Shown here piece by piece: positions 10,302-20,395 of a DNA stretch of 64,000 nt. Location: contig DATDEH010000021.1 of NCBI GenBank assembly GCA_036523395.1, positions 2,175 through 66,174 of the forward strand, in the 5' to 3' direction. The stretch comes from Candidatus Limnocylindria bacterium. GTDB taxonomy: Bacteria; Chloroflexota; Limnocylindria; P2-11E. The translations under genes and the position numbers were made by a program. Under the pieces are notes generated by a model, which was given only the letters and a program-made list of their open reading frames with translations, searched no databases and was not told the origin of the DNA. How positions within the stretch are numbered: position 1 is the stretch's first letter; each line of letters starts with the position of its first letter.

Positions 10302-10799
10302 CTAGATCGCGGTGGCCGTTCCTTGGTCAAGCGCCCGCAGATGGGCGGTGTAGTGGTTCGGTAGCGTCAGGAGCCAGCCGAAGCAGTTCAGGTCGCCGTA
10401 GTACGGGTGGCGGGCTGTCGCACCCGTGTTCGGTTCAGCCGGGAACTCGGCGCGTAGCCGGCGCAGGGCCCCGGCGGCCTTGTCGGCCAGCGTGGTGATG
10501 CCGGGCCGGGTCACGGCCGACGCAGCCGGTCGTGGCTGACCTGTCGAGCCCGCTTCTTGTCCCTGAGCGAGACGAAGGGCGATCAGCGAGACGCCGCGCT
10601 CGATGATCAGGAGGTGGACGGCGATCTGACCGATCCCCCAGTCGTCGTCCGAACCCGCGGCGAGGTCGGTGTCGGTCGCATGTTCGACCCGCGCAAGGAG
10701 TCGCGCGCGCCAGTCGTCGGTCCCCTCGGCGAGGAGGCGGATAGTCTCACTGACCCAGGCCGGACGGTCAGGCGGGTCATCGGTTACGGTGAGCGTCAC
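10302..10799 (-). CDS. DinB/YfiT-like protein
   Basis: WGIGQIAVHL ... HPYYGDL ... HYTAHL pattern; start re-picked at GTG 10799. Confidence 0.7.
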   Translation of the reverse strand: MTLTVTDDPPDRPAWVSETIRLLAEGTDDWRARLLARVEHATDTDLAAGSDDDWGIGQIAVHLLIIERGVSLIALRLAQGQEAGSTGQPRPAASAVTRPGITTLADKAAGALRRLRAEFPAEPNTGATARHPYYGDLNCFGWLLTLPNHYTAHLRALDQGTATAI

Positions 10800-10872
10800 A
10801 ACAACGCATATTGCGCCGTTCGTGTGTGAGAATGCGGCGCGAGTTGGCCGAAAGGCCGCACAGGAGGACGAT

Positions 10873-11163
10873 GTGGCGGGGATCTCAAAGTCGGAAACAC
10901 TGAATCGGCTCTCGGAGAAGACGCAGCTGACCAAGAAGCAGGTGGGCCTGGTCCTCGAGGAGCTCGCGGCCCTGGCATACAAGGAGGCCCGCAATGGCTT
11001 CACGTTCCCAGGCGTCGGCAAGCTCGTGATCGTGGACCGGAAGGCTCGCCTCGGACGCAACCCCGCGACCGGCGAGACGATCCAGATCCCGGCGAAGCGC
11101 GTGCTGAAGTTCCGGATCGCCAAGCAGGCAAAGGACTCGACCCTAGCCAAGCGCGGCAAGTAG
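10873..11163 (+). CDS. hup: HU family DNA-binding protein
   Basis: AGGAGG RBS, GTG start, 96 aa; FPGVGKL...RKARLGRNPATGETIQIPAKRVLKF signature. Confidence 0.95.
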   Translation: MAGISKSETLNRLSEKTQLTKKQVGLVLEELAALAYKEARNGFTFPGVGKLVIVDRKARLGRNPATGETIQIPAKRVLKFRIAKQAKDSTLAKRGK

Positions 11164-11294
11164 GAAGCAGTCAGGCTCGCCTGACCGTCCTCTCCGCCGA
11201 GCTTCGCTTGGACGTACTAGCCCGCACTCGCGCTTATTAGCGAGGTCCTTCATCGCGTGCGGTGGAGGACCTCGCTGCCGTTCTTGGCATCTGC

Positions 11295-11313
11295 TACGTT
11301 CTGAACGTTCAGA
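11295..11313 (+). promoter_or_regulatory. Candidate -10 box with adjacent palindromic operator
   Basis: TACGTT (11295-11300) abuts the perfect 14-bp palindrome TCTGAACGTTCAGA (11300-11313) upstream of a GbsR/MarR regulator. Confidence 0.55.
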
Positions 11314-11333
11314 TGAAACAGAACCAGGCGAAG

Positions 11334-11783
11334 ATGACGGCGGCTCAGCACAGCTTCATCGATCACATGGGCCAGCAGATGGTCGGCTGGAACCTCCCCC
11401 GTACGACCGGGCGCGTGTGGGCCTACCTGCTGATACGCGGGGAGCCCGCGGTGTTGGACGATATCGCGCACGACCTTGAGGTCGCGAAGAGCGGCGCGAG
11501 CGTGGGCGCGCGACAGCTGGTGGCGTTCGGTCTCGCACGCACCACCGGCGAACGCGGCAGCCGCCGGGTGCTGGTCAGCGCGATCGACAACATGGAGGCG
11601 ATGTTCGCTGCTCGGAGCGAGAGCGCGCGCTCACTTCAGCGGCTCCTGCTCGAAGGCGCGCGCGCCGCTTCGACGCCGGGAGCGCGCACGACGCTGAGCG
11701 ACATGGCATCAGGCATCAACGAGATCCTCGAACGAGAGAGCGCTGCGCTCGGTGCGCGGAGCCGGAAGGGAATACGAGCATGA
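11334..11783 (+). CDS. GbsR/MarR family transcriptional regulator
   Basis: FIDHMGQQMVGWNLPRTTGRVWAYLLI and DDIAHDLEVAKSGASVGARQL wHTH; first gene of an ABC exporter operon. Confidence 0.85.
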   Translation: MTAAQHSFIDHMGQQMVGWNLPRTTGRVWAYLLIRGEPAVLDDIAHDLEVAKSGASVGARQLVAFGLARTTGERGSRRVLVSAIDNMEAMFAARSESARSLQRLLLEGARAASTPGARTTLSDMASGINEILERESAALGARSRKGIRA

Positions 11784-12670
11784 CAGAGGCCATCGAGGCG
11801 CTCGGACTCAGCAAGGACTACGGCAATGGTCGAGGGATCTTCGATCTCGACCTCACGGTCGCAGACGGCGAGGTGTTCGGCTTCCTCGGACCGAACGGCG
11901 CCGGAAAGACGACGACCATCCGGCTGCTGATGGGGCTGATCCACGCGACGCGCGGCTCAGCGCGGATCTTCGGACTCGATTGCGACCGCGACTCGGTCGC
12001 CGTGAAGCGCAAGGTCGGCTACTGCCCCGGAGAGCTCCCCCAGTTCGGCGGCTGGCGTGGCTCCGAGATCGTCGCGTACGTCGCCGGTCTGCGGGGCGAT
12101 GTCGAGAACGCCTCCATCAAGGCGCTCGCCGAACGACTCGATCTCGATCTCGGCCGCAAGTACCGGGAGTACTCGCACGGCAACAAGCAGAAGCTCGCCC
12201 TCGTGCTCGCGTTCATGCACAAGCCGCTTCTCGTGATACTCGACGAGCCGACATCCGGGCTCGACCCGCTCGTCCAGCAGGAGTTCTACGGCATCGTGCG
12301 TGATGCGCGGAGCGCCGGATCGACGATCTTCGTGTCATCGCACGTGCTCTCCGAGGTCGAGCACATCTGTGACCGAGTGGGCATCGTGCGCGAAGGTCGC
12401 CTCGCGACGGTGAGCAAGCTGGAGGAGCTTGTCGGAATGCGCGCGTTCCACGTCGAGATCGAGTTCGCTGACGGTGTGCCGGCCGAACAGCTGAAGAGCG
12501 TCCCGGGTTTCGAACAGCTTCGCGTCGAGGATCACCGAGCCAGCGGCATCCTCCGTGGCAGCTTCGAGCCGCTCATGTCGGCGATCGCTTCGCGTCGAGT
12601 GATCGGTCTCGTGAGCCGCGAACCGAGCCTTGAGGAGATCTTCCTCACGTATTACCAGGCGAAGCCGTGA
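11780..12670 (+). CDS. ABC transporter ATP-binding protein
   Basis: GPNGAGKTT, YSHGNKQK, VILDEPTSGLDP. Confidence 0.93.
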   Translation: MTEAIEALGLSKDYGNGRGIFDLDLTVADGEVFGFLGPNGAGKTTTIRLLMGLIHATRGSARIFGLDCDRDSVAVKRKVGYCPGELPQFGGWRGSEIVAYVAGLRGDVENASIKALAERLDLDLGRKYREYSHGNKQKLALVLAFMHKPLLVILDEPTSGLDPLVQQEFYGIVRDARSAGSTIFVSSHVLSEVEHICDRVGIVREGRLATVSKLEELVGMRAFHVEIEFADGVPAEQLKSVPGFEQLRVEDHRASGILRGSFEPLMSAIASRRVIGLVSREPSLEEIFLTYYQAKP

Positions 12671-14292
12671 CGCTCTTCCGCATCGCCCTGAAGCAGCAGC
12701 GGACCGGACTCATCGCGATGACGCTCATGAGCGTGATCGGGGGAGTGCTCAACGCGCTCGGCTTCGTTCAGGTCGCGGGCACGTCGCAAGCGGAGCGGCT
12801 CGCGTTCGCCAGGTCGATGGAGGTGCTCGGCGCCCAACTGTCGTACATGCTGCCCATGCCCGAGCGTCTCGACACTCTCGGTGGATACCTGCAGTGGCGC
12901 TACTTCGGCCTGATCGCGCTGGTCCTCGGCATCTGGGGCGTCATCTCCTCCACCGGCAGCGGCCGAGGGGATGAGGAGCGCGGACTGGTCGAGCAGTGGC
13001 TCGCCGCGGGCGCCAGTCGCGCGCGATATGTCGCGACGCGCGTTCTCGTCTTCATCCTCGTCGCGACGTTCGCGATCGCTGCGACGATGGTGTTCACGTA
13101 CGTCGTGGGCACCGGCGCGGGAGAGCCACTACCTGTGGCGGGCATGGCCGCGACGGGACTCGACATCCTTGTCACGACGCTCGTCTGTTTCGGGATCGGG
13201 CTTGTCGTCGCCCAGCTTGTTGCGACGCGTCGTGCGGCCGGATTCGGCGCGGCCGGGCTGGTGCTCGCCCTCTTCCTCATCAATGGTGCGAGCCGGACCT
13301 CCGATGTCGGACCGGTACGCTGGCTCTCGCCCTTTTATCTCTACGAACGCAGCAAACCGCTGACGGGCGCAGGCGCGCTCGACCTCGGCGCCGTGTCCGC
13401 CCTGACGGTCGTGGCCTTCGTGCTCATCGCGCTCGCGTTCGCCGCGTTCGTGCGGCGCGACCTCGGCGGAACAGCGGTCACACGCGCCTCGCCGACGAGC
13501 CGGCCGACGATGTCGCCCTCCCGTGATCCGCTGCTGCGCCTCCCGGTCATCGCGTTACTCCGTCAGCAGTGGCTTTGGGTCATCACGTGGACGATCGGTC
13601 TCACCGCTGTGAGCGCCTTCCTGGCCTCGATCATCAAAACGATCATTGACACGCTCACCACATCATCGACCCCGGTCATGCGGGCGTACTTCGAGCGCGC
13701 CGGACTCGGTGGGTACGACTCCTTCGTCGGCGCGATCTGGCTCTCCACACTCATGCTCATCCTGTCCGCGTACGCGATCGTCCAGGTGCAGAGCTGGTCC
13801 GCGGACGACGCGGAGGGCAGGCTCGCCACGATCCTCTCGGCGCCGGTCTCGCGTGCTCGCGTGATCCTGGAACGCCTGACCGCCATGCTTGTCGCGGTCG
13901 GAGTGATCTGCGCCGCTGCCGGGACCGCCGTGTACCTGGTGACGACATCGCAGGCGATCGAGATCGATCGGTCGAAACTGGCGCTCGCGACCGCTCTCGT
14001 CGTGCTCATTCCGCTCGCGTTCGCCGCGGTCGGCCAGCTGCTCGCCGTGTGGCGGCCGCGCAGTGCGCTGGTGCTGCTCTCGACGATCGCCGTCGCCAGC
14101 TATTTCCTGGTGGAGTTCACGCCGCTCTTCGGGTGGCCCGAGTGGGTCGCGAACCTCTCGCTCTTCTCGCTGTACGGTATGCCGATGAGTGGTGAGGTGA
14201 ACTGGAGCGGCATCGCGGGTCTGGTCGGCGTCACGATCGTTGGCACGATCGGCGCGCTCGTCGCGGTCCAGCGTCGCGACGTTGGCGCCTAG
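12667..14292 (+). CDS. ABC exporter permease (duplicated ABC-2 type)
   Basis: 541 aa with two similar halves (RGDEERGLVEQWL / SADDAEGRLATIL); C-terminal VQRRDV; GTGA coupling. Confidence 0.85.
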   Translation: MTLFRIALKQQRTGLIAMTLMSVIGGVLNALGFVQVAGTSQAERLAFARSMEVLGAQLSYMLPMPERLDTLGGYLQWRYFGLIALVLGIWGVISSTGSGRGDEERGLVEQWLAAGASRARYVATRVLVFILVATFAIAATMVFTYVVGTGAGEPLPVAGMAATGLDILVTTLVCFGIGLVVAQLVATRRAAGFGAAGLVLALFLINGASRTSDVGPVRWLSPFYLYERSKPLTGAGALDLGAVSALTVVAFVLIALAFAAFVRRDLGGTAVTRASPTSRPTMSPSRDPLLRLPVIALLRQQWLWVITWTIGLTAVSAFLASIIKTIIDTLTTSSTPVMRAYFERAGLGGYDSFVGAIWLSTLMLILSAYAIVQVQSWSADDAEGRLATILSAPVSRARVILERLTAMLVAVGVICAAAGTAVYLVTTSQAIEIDRSKLALATALVVLIPLAFAAVGQLLAVWRPRSALVLLSTIAVASYFLVEFTPLFGWPEWVANLSLFSLYGMPMSGEVNWSGIAGLVGVTIVGTIGALVAVQRRDVGA

Positions 14293-15325
14293 CGCTCCGG
14301 GACCGAACGTCCCGTTCCCGCCGCAGGAGGCGGAGCTCGTCGAGGAGATCCCGACGGGACCTAAATGGCAGTACGAGCCGAAGTGGGATGGCTTCCGCGG
14401 CGTGCTCGAGAACGACAACGGCGAGCTCGCGCTTTGGAGCCGGAACGGACGCCCGCTGCTGCGGTACTTCCCGGAGCTACGTCCCCTCGGCGAGATGCTC
14501 CCTCCGCACTCCGCGCTCGACGGCGAGGTCGTCATCGAGCGCGATGGACATCTCGACTTTGACGCGATGCAGAACCGCCTTCACCCGGCGGAGTCGCGCA
14601 TCCGCAAGCTGTCAGCGGAAACGCCGGCGACGTTCATCGCCTTCGACGTATTGCTCTGGAACGGTGAGCCCGTCCACGAGAGGCCGCTCGCCGAGCGCCG
14701 AAAGAAGCTGCTCGAGGTTGCGAGGGGCTTCACGCTCTCGCTCACGACCACGGACATCACGACGGCGAAGCACTGGCTCGAGCGGCTCGAGGTGATCGGG
14801 CTCGACGGCATCATCGCGAAGCGCGTCGATAGCGCATACAAGCCGGGCTCGCGCGAGGTCGTGAAGAAGATCAAGTACCACAAGACCTGCGACTGTGTGA
14901 TCGTGGGCTACCGGACCAACGGCGAGAAGATCGCGAGCCTGCTGCTGGGCCTTTATCGCGAGGACGGCACGCTCGACTTCGTCGGCCACACCTCGGGTAT
15001 CGCTGGTCCACTTCAGACGCAGCTCCAGAAGATGCTGCCACCGTTGAAAGAGACGGGGGCCCTCGGCTTCGACCCCAGTGAGTGGGGCCGCACACCGGAC
15101 GCCGGCTCGCGCTGGTCCCAGGGCAAAGACCTTCCGTGGCATGAGATCAGGCCCGAGCTGGTGTGCGAGATCCGCTACGACAAGATGGAGGACGAGCGCA
15201 TCCGCCACGGCACGCGCTTTCTCCGCTTCCGGCCGGACAAAGATCCGAAGCAGTGCACCTGGGATCAGGTCCGCCCGCAGCCGAAGCGCGGCGACCCGGT
15301 GCTCGCGGAGCTGCTCAGCAGCTAA
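14282..15325 (+). CDS. ligC: ATP-dependent DNA ligase (LigC-like)
   Basis: Motif I YEPKWDGFR, LDGEV, DGIIAKR, KKIK and RHGTRFLRFRPDK; start uncertain (TTG 14282). Confidence 0.85.
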   Translation: MAPSAPGPNVPFPPQEAELVEEIPTGPKWQYEPKWDGFRGVLENDNGELALWSRNGRPLLRYFPELRPLGEMLPPHSALDGEVVIERDGHLDFDAMQNRLHPAESRIRKLSAETPATFIAFDVLLWNGEPVHERPLAERRKKLLEVARGFTLSLTTTDITTAKHWLERLEVIGLDGIIAKRVDSAYKPGSREVVKKIKYHKTCDCVIVGYRTNGEKIASLLLGLYREDGTLDFVGHTSGIAGPLQTQLQKMLPPLKETGALGFDPSEWGRTPDAGSRWSQGKDLPWHEIRPELVCEIRYDKMEDERIRHGTRFLRFRPDKDPKQCTWDQVRPQPKRGDPVLAELLSS

Positions 15326-16839
15326 CGCAGCAGCTCGTCGCGCGCATACACGAGCGCGGCGCGTTCACGCTCTCGCTCGAAGTTCCAGCCCTGCCAGTCC
15401 GGCCGTCGGTCTTCGTCGCGCCGCGACAGCGCGATGCGCAGCAGGATGTCGGCGTAGAGCCGCTGGCTCACCGGAAGACGTGGGAACGCATCCACCAGCT
15501 CGACGATCGCGCCGCCACCGAGCGTGACGAGACTGTCCGCGTCGAGGTCTCGCGCCGCATCAGCGGGAAGGCCCGACGGATCGAGGATGCGCGCGATGTT
15601 CTGGCGCGCGACGAACGCGGAAGGGCCGATCACGTTCGCGGCCAGCGCGACGATGACCGCGGCCATCGCGAGCGGTTGCAGCGAGAAGAGCATCCGGCCT
15701 CGCGCGAAGCACCAGGCGAAGATGACGAGCGCGAGGGCAAGGAACGCGATCGCGCAGTTCGCGTAGAAACGGAGCTCTGTCCAGCCGTAGGCCTGCTGGT
15801 AGAGGTCGAGCCGGTACCACGCGGATGCGAGCACGACCGCCGTGAGCGCGAGCAGTGTCAACGCGGCAGCGAGGTACGCACGGCCGCGGCGGTGCACCGC
15901 GAGCTCGAGCCCGAAGAGCAGCGCGCCGACCAGCGCCACCGCGCCGATCAGCTCGAAGAAGCCGCGGCGGGCGTACGCGCTGTACGTGATCGCGGCGGCA
16001 TCGAGCGTGTCGCGGCCGCCGAAGAGATAGGCAAGCTGCAGTGTCACGAAGATCGCGAACAGCACGGCGATGAGCGAGAGGGTGACGGTCGCCGTCTGGG
16101 CTGCGAGCAGCGACCGCGCCCGTGACACGACGTGGTCGCGCGGCACGCGGTACAGCGCGGCCAGAGCGCCGGCCGCTGGCCAGGCGACCGCGAGCGCGAT
16201 GAAGAGCCGGCCGGGGGTCTCGCCCAGGAGCTCGGCGATCCGCTTCAGGTCGAAGACGTTCTCAAGCGACCGCGCGAAGACGGCGTCGGCGGACGAGAAC
16301 AACACCGCGAAGACGACGACGAACGGCGCAGCCAGACCGATGCCCCCGAGGTAACCGGATGCGCCGGCGAATCGCTTTGGCACGACGCGCAGACGCGGCC
16401 AGGCGGGAAGCAAGACGTCGGCGGCGCCGAGGATCAGGCGCTCGCTCAGCGACCAGGCTTCTCTGATCAACGCGACAACGGGGAGCGCACTGACTGGAAC
16501 TCCGCTCCACGCGGCGACCGTCGCGCTGGCGAGACCGAACGCAGCGAGAACATCGAACGCGAGGATCGGCGCGTCGGCACGGAGCGCGCAGAACGCCGCG
16601 AACGCGACCGCGCTTGCCGGCAGCCAGATGTCGCGCCTATGAAAGGGGAGCGCACCGTCGCGCAGCGCCCACTCCGCAGCGAGGAACGGCACGGTGAGCA
16701 GCAGCGCGTTCAGTCCCAGTGGCTGGCGGAAGAGCAGGAACTGGGCGACCACGCCAAGCAGCGAGGCGAGCGTGACCGCGGCAAGGGCCCGTCGTTGGAG
16801 CATTCGGGGCATGGTCCCGGGCGTTCGCGCCTGAGTCAT
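15322..16839 (-). CDS. DUF4153/DUF4173-type membrane protein
   Basis: LFSSADAVF, YSAYARRGFFEL and RLDLYQQAYGWTELR motifs typical of this family. Confidence 0.8.
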   Translation of the reverse strand: MTQARTPGTMPRMLQRRALAAVTLASLLGVVAQFLLFRQPLGLNALLLTVPFLAAEWALRDGALPFHRRDIWLPASAVAFAAFCALRADAPILAFDVLAAFGLASATVAAWSGVPVSALPVVALIREAWSLSERLILGAADVLLPAWPRLRVVPKRFAGASGYLGGIGLAAPFVVVFAVLFSSADAVFARSLENVFDLKRIAELLGETPGRLFIALAVAWPAAGALAALYRVPRDHVVSRARSLLAAQTATVTLSLIAVLFAIFVTLQLAYLFGGRDTLDAAAITYSAYARRGFFELIGAVALVGALLFGLELAVHRRGRAYLAAALTLLALTAVVLASAWYRLDLYQQAYGWTELRFYANCAIAFLALALVIFAWCFARGRMLFSLQPLAMAAVIVALAANVIGPSAFVARQNIARILDPSGLPADAARDLDADSLVTLGGGAIVELVDAFPRLPVSQRLYADILLRIALSRRDEDRRPDWQGWNFERERERAALVYARDELLR

Positions 16840-16916
16840 CGCGCGTGAGAGACATAAGAGTTAGCCGTCCCACAAGTGAGACGACGGCGACACGCGCGGC
16901 CGGTACTCTCGGGGAC

Positions 16917-17327
16917 GTGCGGATCCAGAACGCCCAGCGCGTCTCCGAGGCGATCCAGACCCTGAGCGCGGGCACGTCGCTCGACACGCTCGTCGACCGC
17001 CTCTACGACCTCACCGATGGAACGCTCGCGCTCGACCGCGCGACGCTGCACCGCATTGCGCGCGGCAAGACGCAGGTCGCGCGCGCCATCGACTCGCCCG
17101 AGGAATGCATCCGCCTCTACTTCGCGCTCATGATCCTCGGCTGCGAGCGCGAGCTTTCGGTGGCGTCGATCGCGGAAGAGGGTCATGCGGTACTCGCGGG
17201 ATTCGTCGGCGAGCCGCTCGCGTCACTGATCTTCCGCGACCTCGCGGCGACGCTGCCGAAGCTGAACGACCGCAACACGCTGAAGGAGTATCTCGAGGAG
17301 GGTCTGCGCGTATGGCTACCGAAGTGA
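16917..17327 (+). CDS. Hypothetical protein with XRE-like helix-turn-helix segment
   Basis: LDRATLHRIARGKT resembles an XRE recognition helix; GTG start preceded by TACTCT-N7. Confidence 0.55.
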   Translation: MRIQNAQRVSEAIQTLSAGTSLDTLVDRLYDLTDGTLALDRATLHRIARGKTQVARAIDSPEECIRLYFALMILGCERELSVASIAEEGHAVLAGFVGEPLASLIFRDLAATLPKLNDRNTLKEYLEEGLRVWLPK

Positions 17328-17920
17328 TCACGGGGCGACCACGCGCCGAGAGCCACACCCTCCGCGCCGAAGAGGAGCGGCTGCGCGCGCATCTCGAGCA
17401 GCAGCTTCGCGTGCGCACGCGTTTCGCCCCGCTCTCCGACGTCCGCGCGCTTCTCGTGAGTCCCGATCGCGCCGATCGGCCGAAGAGCCTTGTCGTGAGC
17501 TCGCAGGCCAGCGTCGCGGAGCGCATCTACCTGTACGTCCACGTGGCGGCGCATATCGCGCTCGGCCACAACCTTCCGCTGGTCACGATCGTCGAGGGCG
17601 CGCCAGGCGTGACGCGCTTCACCGACGCGTCGCGGCACCGCGAGGCCGAGGAACTGGCGCGCGCGATCTGGTGGGGCCAGAGCGATAAGGGCGGGCTGCT
17701 CGGCGCGCCGGCGTTCGTCCAACGCTCGGCCGTGCTTCGCCGCCTGCTCGCCAGCGAGACGACGCGCGGCGCGCTGCGCTCGCTACTGATCGGCATGCGG
17801 CACGTGTACTACGACCTGCGCATCGAACGCGCTCTGGCTGGCAGTCGGCTCGCGGCCTGGCTCCGCGACGCGCTCTGCGTGACCGCGGTGGTCAGCGTCG
17901 CCCCCCAGCTCTCCGACTAG
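17312..17920 (+). CDS. ImmA/IrrE-like protein with degenerate zinc motif
   Basis: ERIYLYVHVAAHIALGH and REAEELARAI; start at ATG 17312 or GTG 17324, overlapping the upstream stop. Confidence 0.55.
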   Translation: MATEVITGRPRAESHTLRAEEERLRAHLEQQLRVRTRFAPLSDVRALLVSPDRADRPKSLVVSSQASVAERIYLYVHVAAHIALGHNLPLVTIVEGAPGVTRFTDASRHREAEELARAIWWGQSDKGGLLGAPAFVQRSAVLRRLLASETTRGALRSLLIGMRHVYYDLRIERALAGSRLAAWLRDALCVTAVVSVAPQLSD

Positions 17921-17970
17921 AGCAGCGCCTCTCTGACCGTGGCGACTCGCTCGGGGTGTCGGCGCAGGCG

Positions 17971-18681
17971 CTAGAGGCCGAGGTACGCCCTTCGGACCTG
18001 CTCCATGCCGCGGACTTCCTTCGCGGGACCCTCGATCACCGTTTTTCCATGGTCGAGCACGTACGCGTGGTCGCTGATGGCGAGCGCCATCTGCACGTTC
18101 TGCTCGACGAGAAGCATCGTCAGGCCCTGCTTCTTGAGCGTGCGGACGATCTCGAAGAGGTTGATCACGAAGAGCGGCGACAGTCCCAGCGACGGCTCGT
18201 CGAACATCAGGATCTTCGGCTTGGCCATCAGGCCCCGCGCGATGGCGAGCATCTGTTGCTCGCCGCCGGATAGCGTGCCTGCGAGCTGCGCTCGACGCTC
18301 GGCGAGGCGCGGGAACAGCGTGAGGACCTCGGAGAGCGTTCGCTTCAGCTGCGGGCGCGCGTGCTTCGCTGTCGCACCCATCTCGAGGTTTTCCGCGACC
18401 GACATGGTCGAGAAGAGCTGCCGCCCCTCAGGGATGAGCACCAGGCCGAGCTCGGCCTTCTCGTGCGGCGAGAGCTTCGTGATCGGCCGGTCGTCGAGCC
18501 TCACCGAGCCCTGCCAACATGGCAGTAGACCCATGACCGTGCGGAGCAGCGTCGTCTTCCCCGCTCCGTTCGAACCGAGGAGCGTGGTCAGCTTTCCCTC
18601 GCGCAGCGTCAGGGACGCGCCCCAACAGATCTGCACCTCGCCATAGCCGGACTGCACGTTCTCGACGACGAGCGTGCTCAC
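17971..18681 (-). CDS. livF: Branched-chain amino acid ABC transporter ATP-binding protein
   Basis: GSNGAGKTT, LSGGEQQMLAIARGL, DEPSLGL; GTG start overlapping the livG stop. Confidence 0.9.
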   Translation of the reverse strand: MSTLVVENVQSGYGEVQICWGASLTLREGKLTTLLGSNGAGKTTLLRTVMGLLPCWQGSVRLDDRPITKLSPHEKAELGLVLIPEGRQLFSTMSVAENLEMGATAKHARPQLKRTLSEVLTLFPRLAERRAQLAGTLSGGEQQMLAIARGLMAKPKILMFDEPSLGLSPLFVINLFEIVRTLKKQGLTMLLVEQNVQMALAISDHAYVLDHGKTVIEGPAKEVRGMEQVRRAYLGL

Positions 18682-19430
18682 GCGCCCTGCTCCTCGAGGA
18701 AACGCTGCGCGACCTTGGGATCGCCGAGATAGGCCTCGATCACCTTCGGATCGTTCTGCACCTCGGTCGGCGTGCCCTCGGCGATCTTCTTCCCGTGATC
18801 GAGTACGACGACCTTGTCCGAGACGTTCATCACCGCGTGCATCAGGTGCTCGATCATGATCACCGTGACGCCCTGGCCCCGGATGCGCCGGAAGTGGCCG
18901 AGCATGTCGGCGACCTCCTGCGGATTGAGCCCGGCCAAGACTTCGTCGGCGAGCAGGAGCCGCGGACGGGCGGCCAGCGCCCGCGCGAGCTCGAGCCGTT
19001 TCTTCTGAGCGACATTGAGCTTGCCGGCGGGAATCTCGGACTTGTCGGCGAGGCCCAGCTCTTCGAGCACCTGGTCCGCGACCTTCGACGCCAGCGAGAG
19101 TGGGAGGTTCTCGCGCCCGAAGCACGCTCCGACCGTGACATTGGCGCGCACCGAGAGATCGTTGAGCGGCCGGACCACCTGGTGCGCGCGCGCGACGCCA
19201 CGGCGCGCGACCTGGTGGGCGGGCATGCCGGTGATGTCGTCGCCGGCGAAGACGATGTTGCCGCTGCGTGGCTTGTACACGCCGTTGATCGCGTTGAAGA
19301 GCGTCGTCTTCCCCGCGCCGTTCGGTCCGATGAGCCCAACGATGGTGGCCTCGTCGGCGTCGAAGGAAGCCCCATCGACGGCGACCAGGCCGCCGAAGCG
19401 AACGGTGACGTCACGGACGGAGAGGATCAC
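18678..19430 (-). CDS. livG: Branched-chain amino acid ABC transporter ATP-binding protein
   Basis: RFGGLVAVD, GPNGAGKTT, EVQNDPKVIEAYLG. Confidence 0.9.
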   Translation of the reverse strand: MILSVRDVTVRFGGLVAVDGASFDADEATIVGLIGPNGAGKTTLFNAINGVYKPRSGNIVFAGDDITGMPAHQVARRGVARAHQVVRPLNDLSVRANVTVGACFGRENLPLSLASKVADQVLEELGLADKSEIPAGKLNVAQKKRLELARALAARPRLLLADEVLAGLNPQEVADMLGHFRRIRGQGVTVIMIEHLMHAVMNVSDKVVVLDHGKKIAEGTPTEVQNDPKVIEAYLGDPKVAQRFLEEQGA

Positions 19431-20395
19431 TGGATGTACGCCCTCAGCACCGGGAATCGATTGCGGAGCCAGCCGATCAGCCCGGCCGTGACGAACAGGA
19501 CGGTCACGAGAAGCAAGAGTCCTGCGATGGCCAGCTGGAAGTTCGCGAACGTTGGGCTGGTGATGAGGAATCCGCGCAGCCACTCATAGACTGCGGCGCC
19601 GACGACCGGCCCGGCGACGGTGCCGATGCCGCCGAGTACCACCATCACGAGCGATTCGATCGACCGCAGCAGGTCGAACGCGTGAGCCGGCTCAATGATC
19701 CCGTTCTTGAAGAAGAACGCGGCGCCGGCGAGCGCTGGGAAGAACGCCGACACGACATAGGCAAGCACCTTCGCGCGCGCCGGGTCGATCCCAACGACCA
19801 TCGCGACGTCCTGGTCCTCACGGATGGCCATGAGCGCGAGCCCGAACTTCGAGCGCTTGATCGCATAGCTGGCAGCGATCGTCCCGAGCGCGACAGCGGT
19901 CATCGTGTAGTACGCAAGCTGCGCGGCCTCGCGCGCTCCGCCGTATGTGCCGTAGATCGAGAACGGAAAGAACATTCCGACCGCGCCACCAAAGGGCTCG
20001 AAGTTCGTCACGAACGACTTCATCGCCTCGTTGATGCCGATCGTAGCGAGCGCGAAGTAGGCACCTCGCAGGCGGAGGATCGGCACGCCAATGAGTCCCG
20101 CGATGAGCGCGGCCGGGATCGCGCCCGCGACGGCCGCGAGCAGGAAATGCATGCCGAGCGTCTGCATCAGCCAGAACGCGATGTAGCCGCCGATCCCGAA
20201 GAAGACGATGTGGCCGAACGATACGTACCCGGTGTAGCCCATGATGATGTTGATGCTCGACGCGAGCGTGATCAGCATGAACATGAGGAAGAGCTCTTCA
20301 CGCAGCGACGGGTTGTTCGTGACGATCGGCACCGCCGCGACGACGGCCATAAGGACCAGGAGCGCGGGGAGGAAGGGTGCGCGCACCTGCCTCAC
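19427..20395 (-). CDS. livM: Branched-chain amino acid ABC transporter permease
   Basis: NIIMGYTGYVSFGH, LRLRGAYFALAT, ALMAIREDQDVA. Confidence 0.9.
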   Translation of the reverse strand: MRQVRAPFLPALLVLMAVVAAVPIVTNNPSLREELFLMFMLITLASSINIIMGYTGYVSFGHIVFFGIGGYIAFWLMQTLGMHFLLAAVAGAIPAALIAGLIGVPILRLRGAYFALATIGINEAMKSFVTNFEPFGGAVGMFFPFSIYGTYGGAREAAQLAYYTMTAVALGTIAASYAIKRSKFGLALMAIREDQDVAMVVGIDPARAKVLAYVVSAFFPALAGAAFFFKNGIIEPAHAFDLLRSIESLVMVVLGGIGTVAGPVVGAAVYEWLRGFLITSPTFANFQLAIAGLLLLVTVLFVTAGLIGWLRNRFPVLRAYIQ

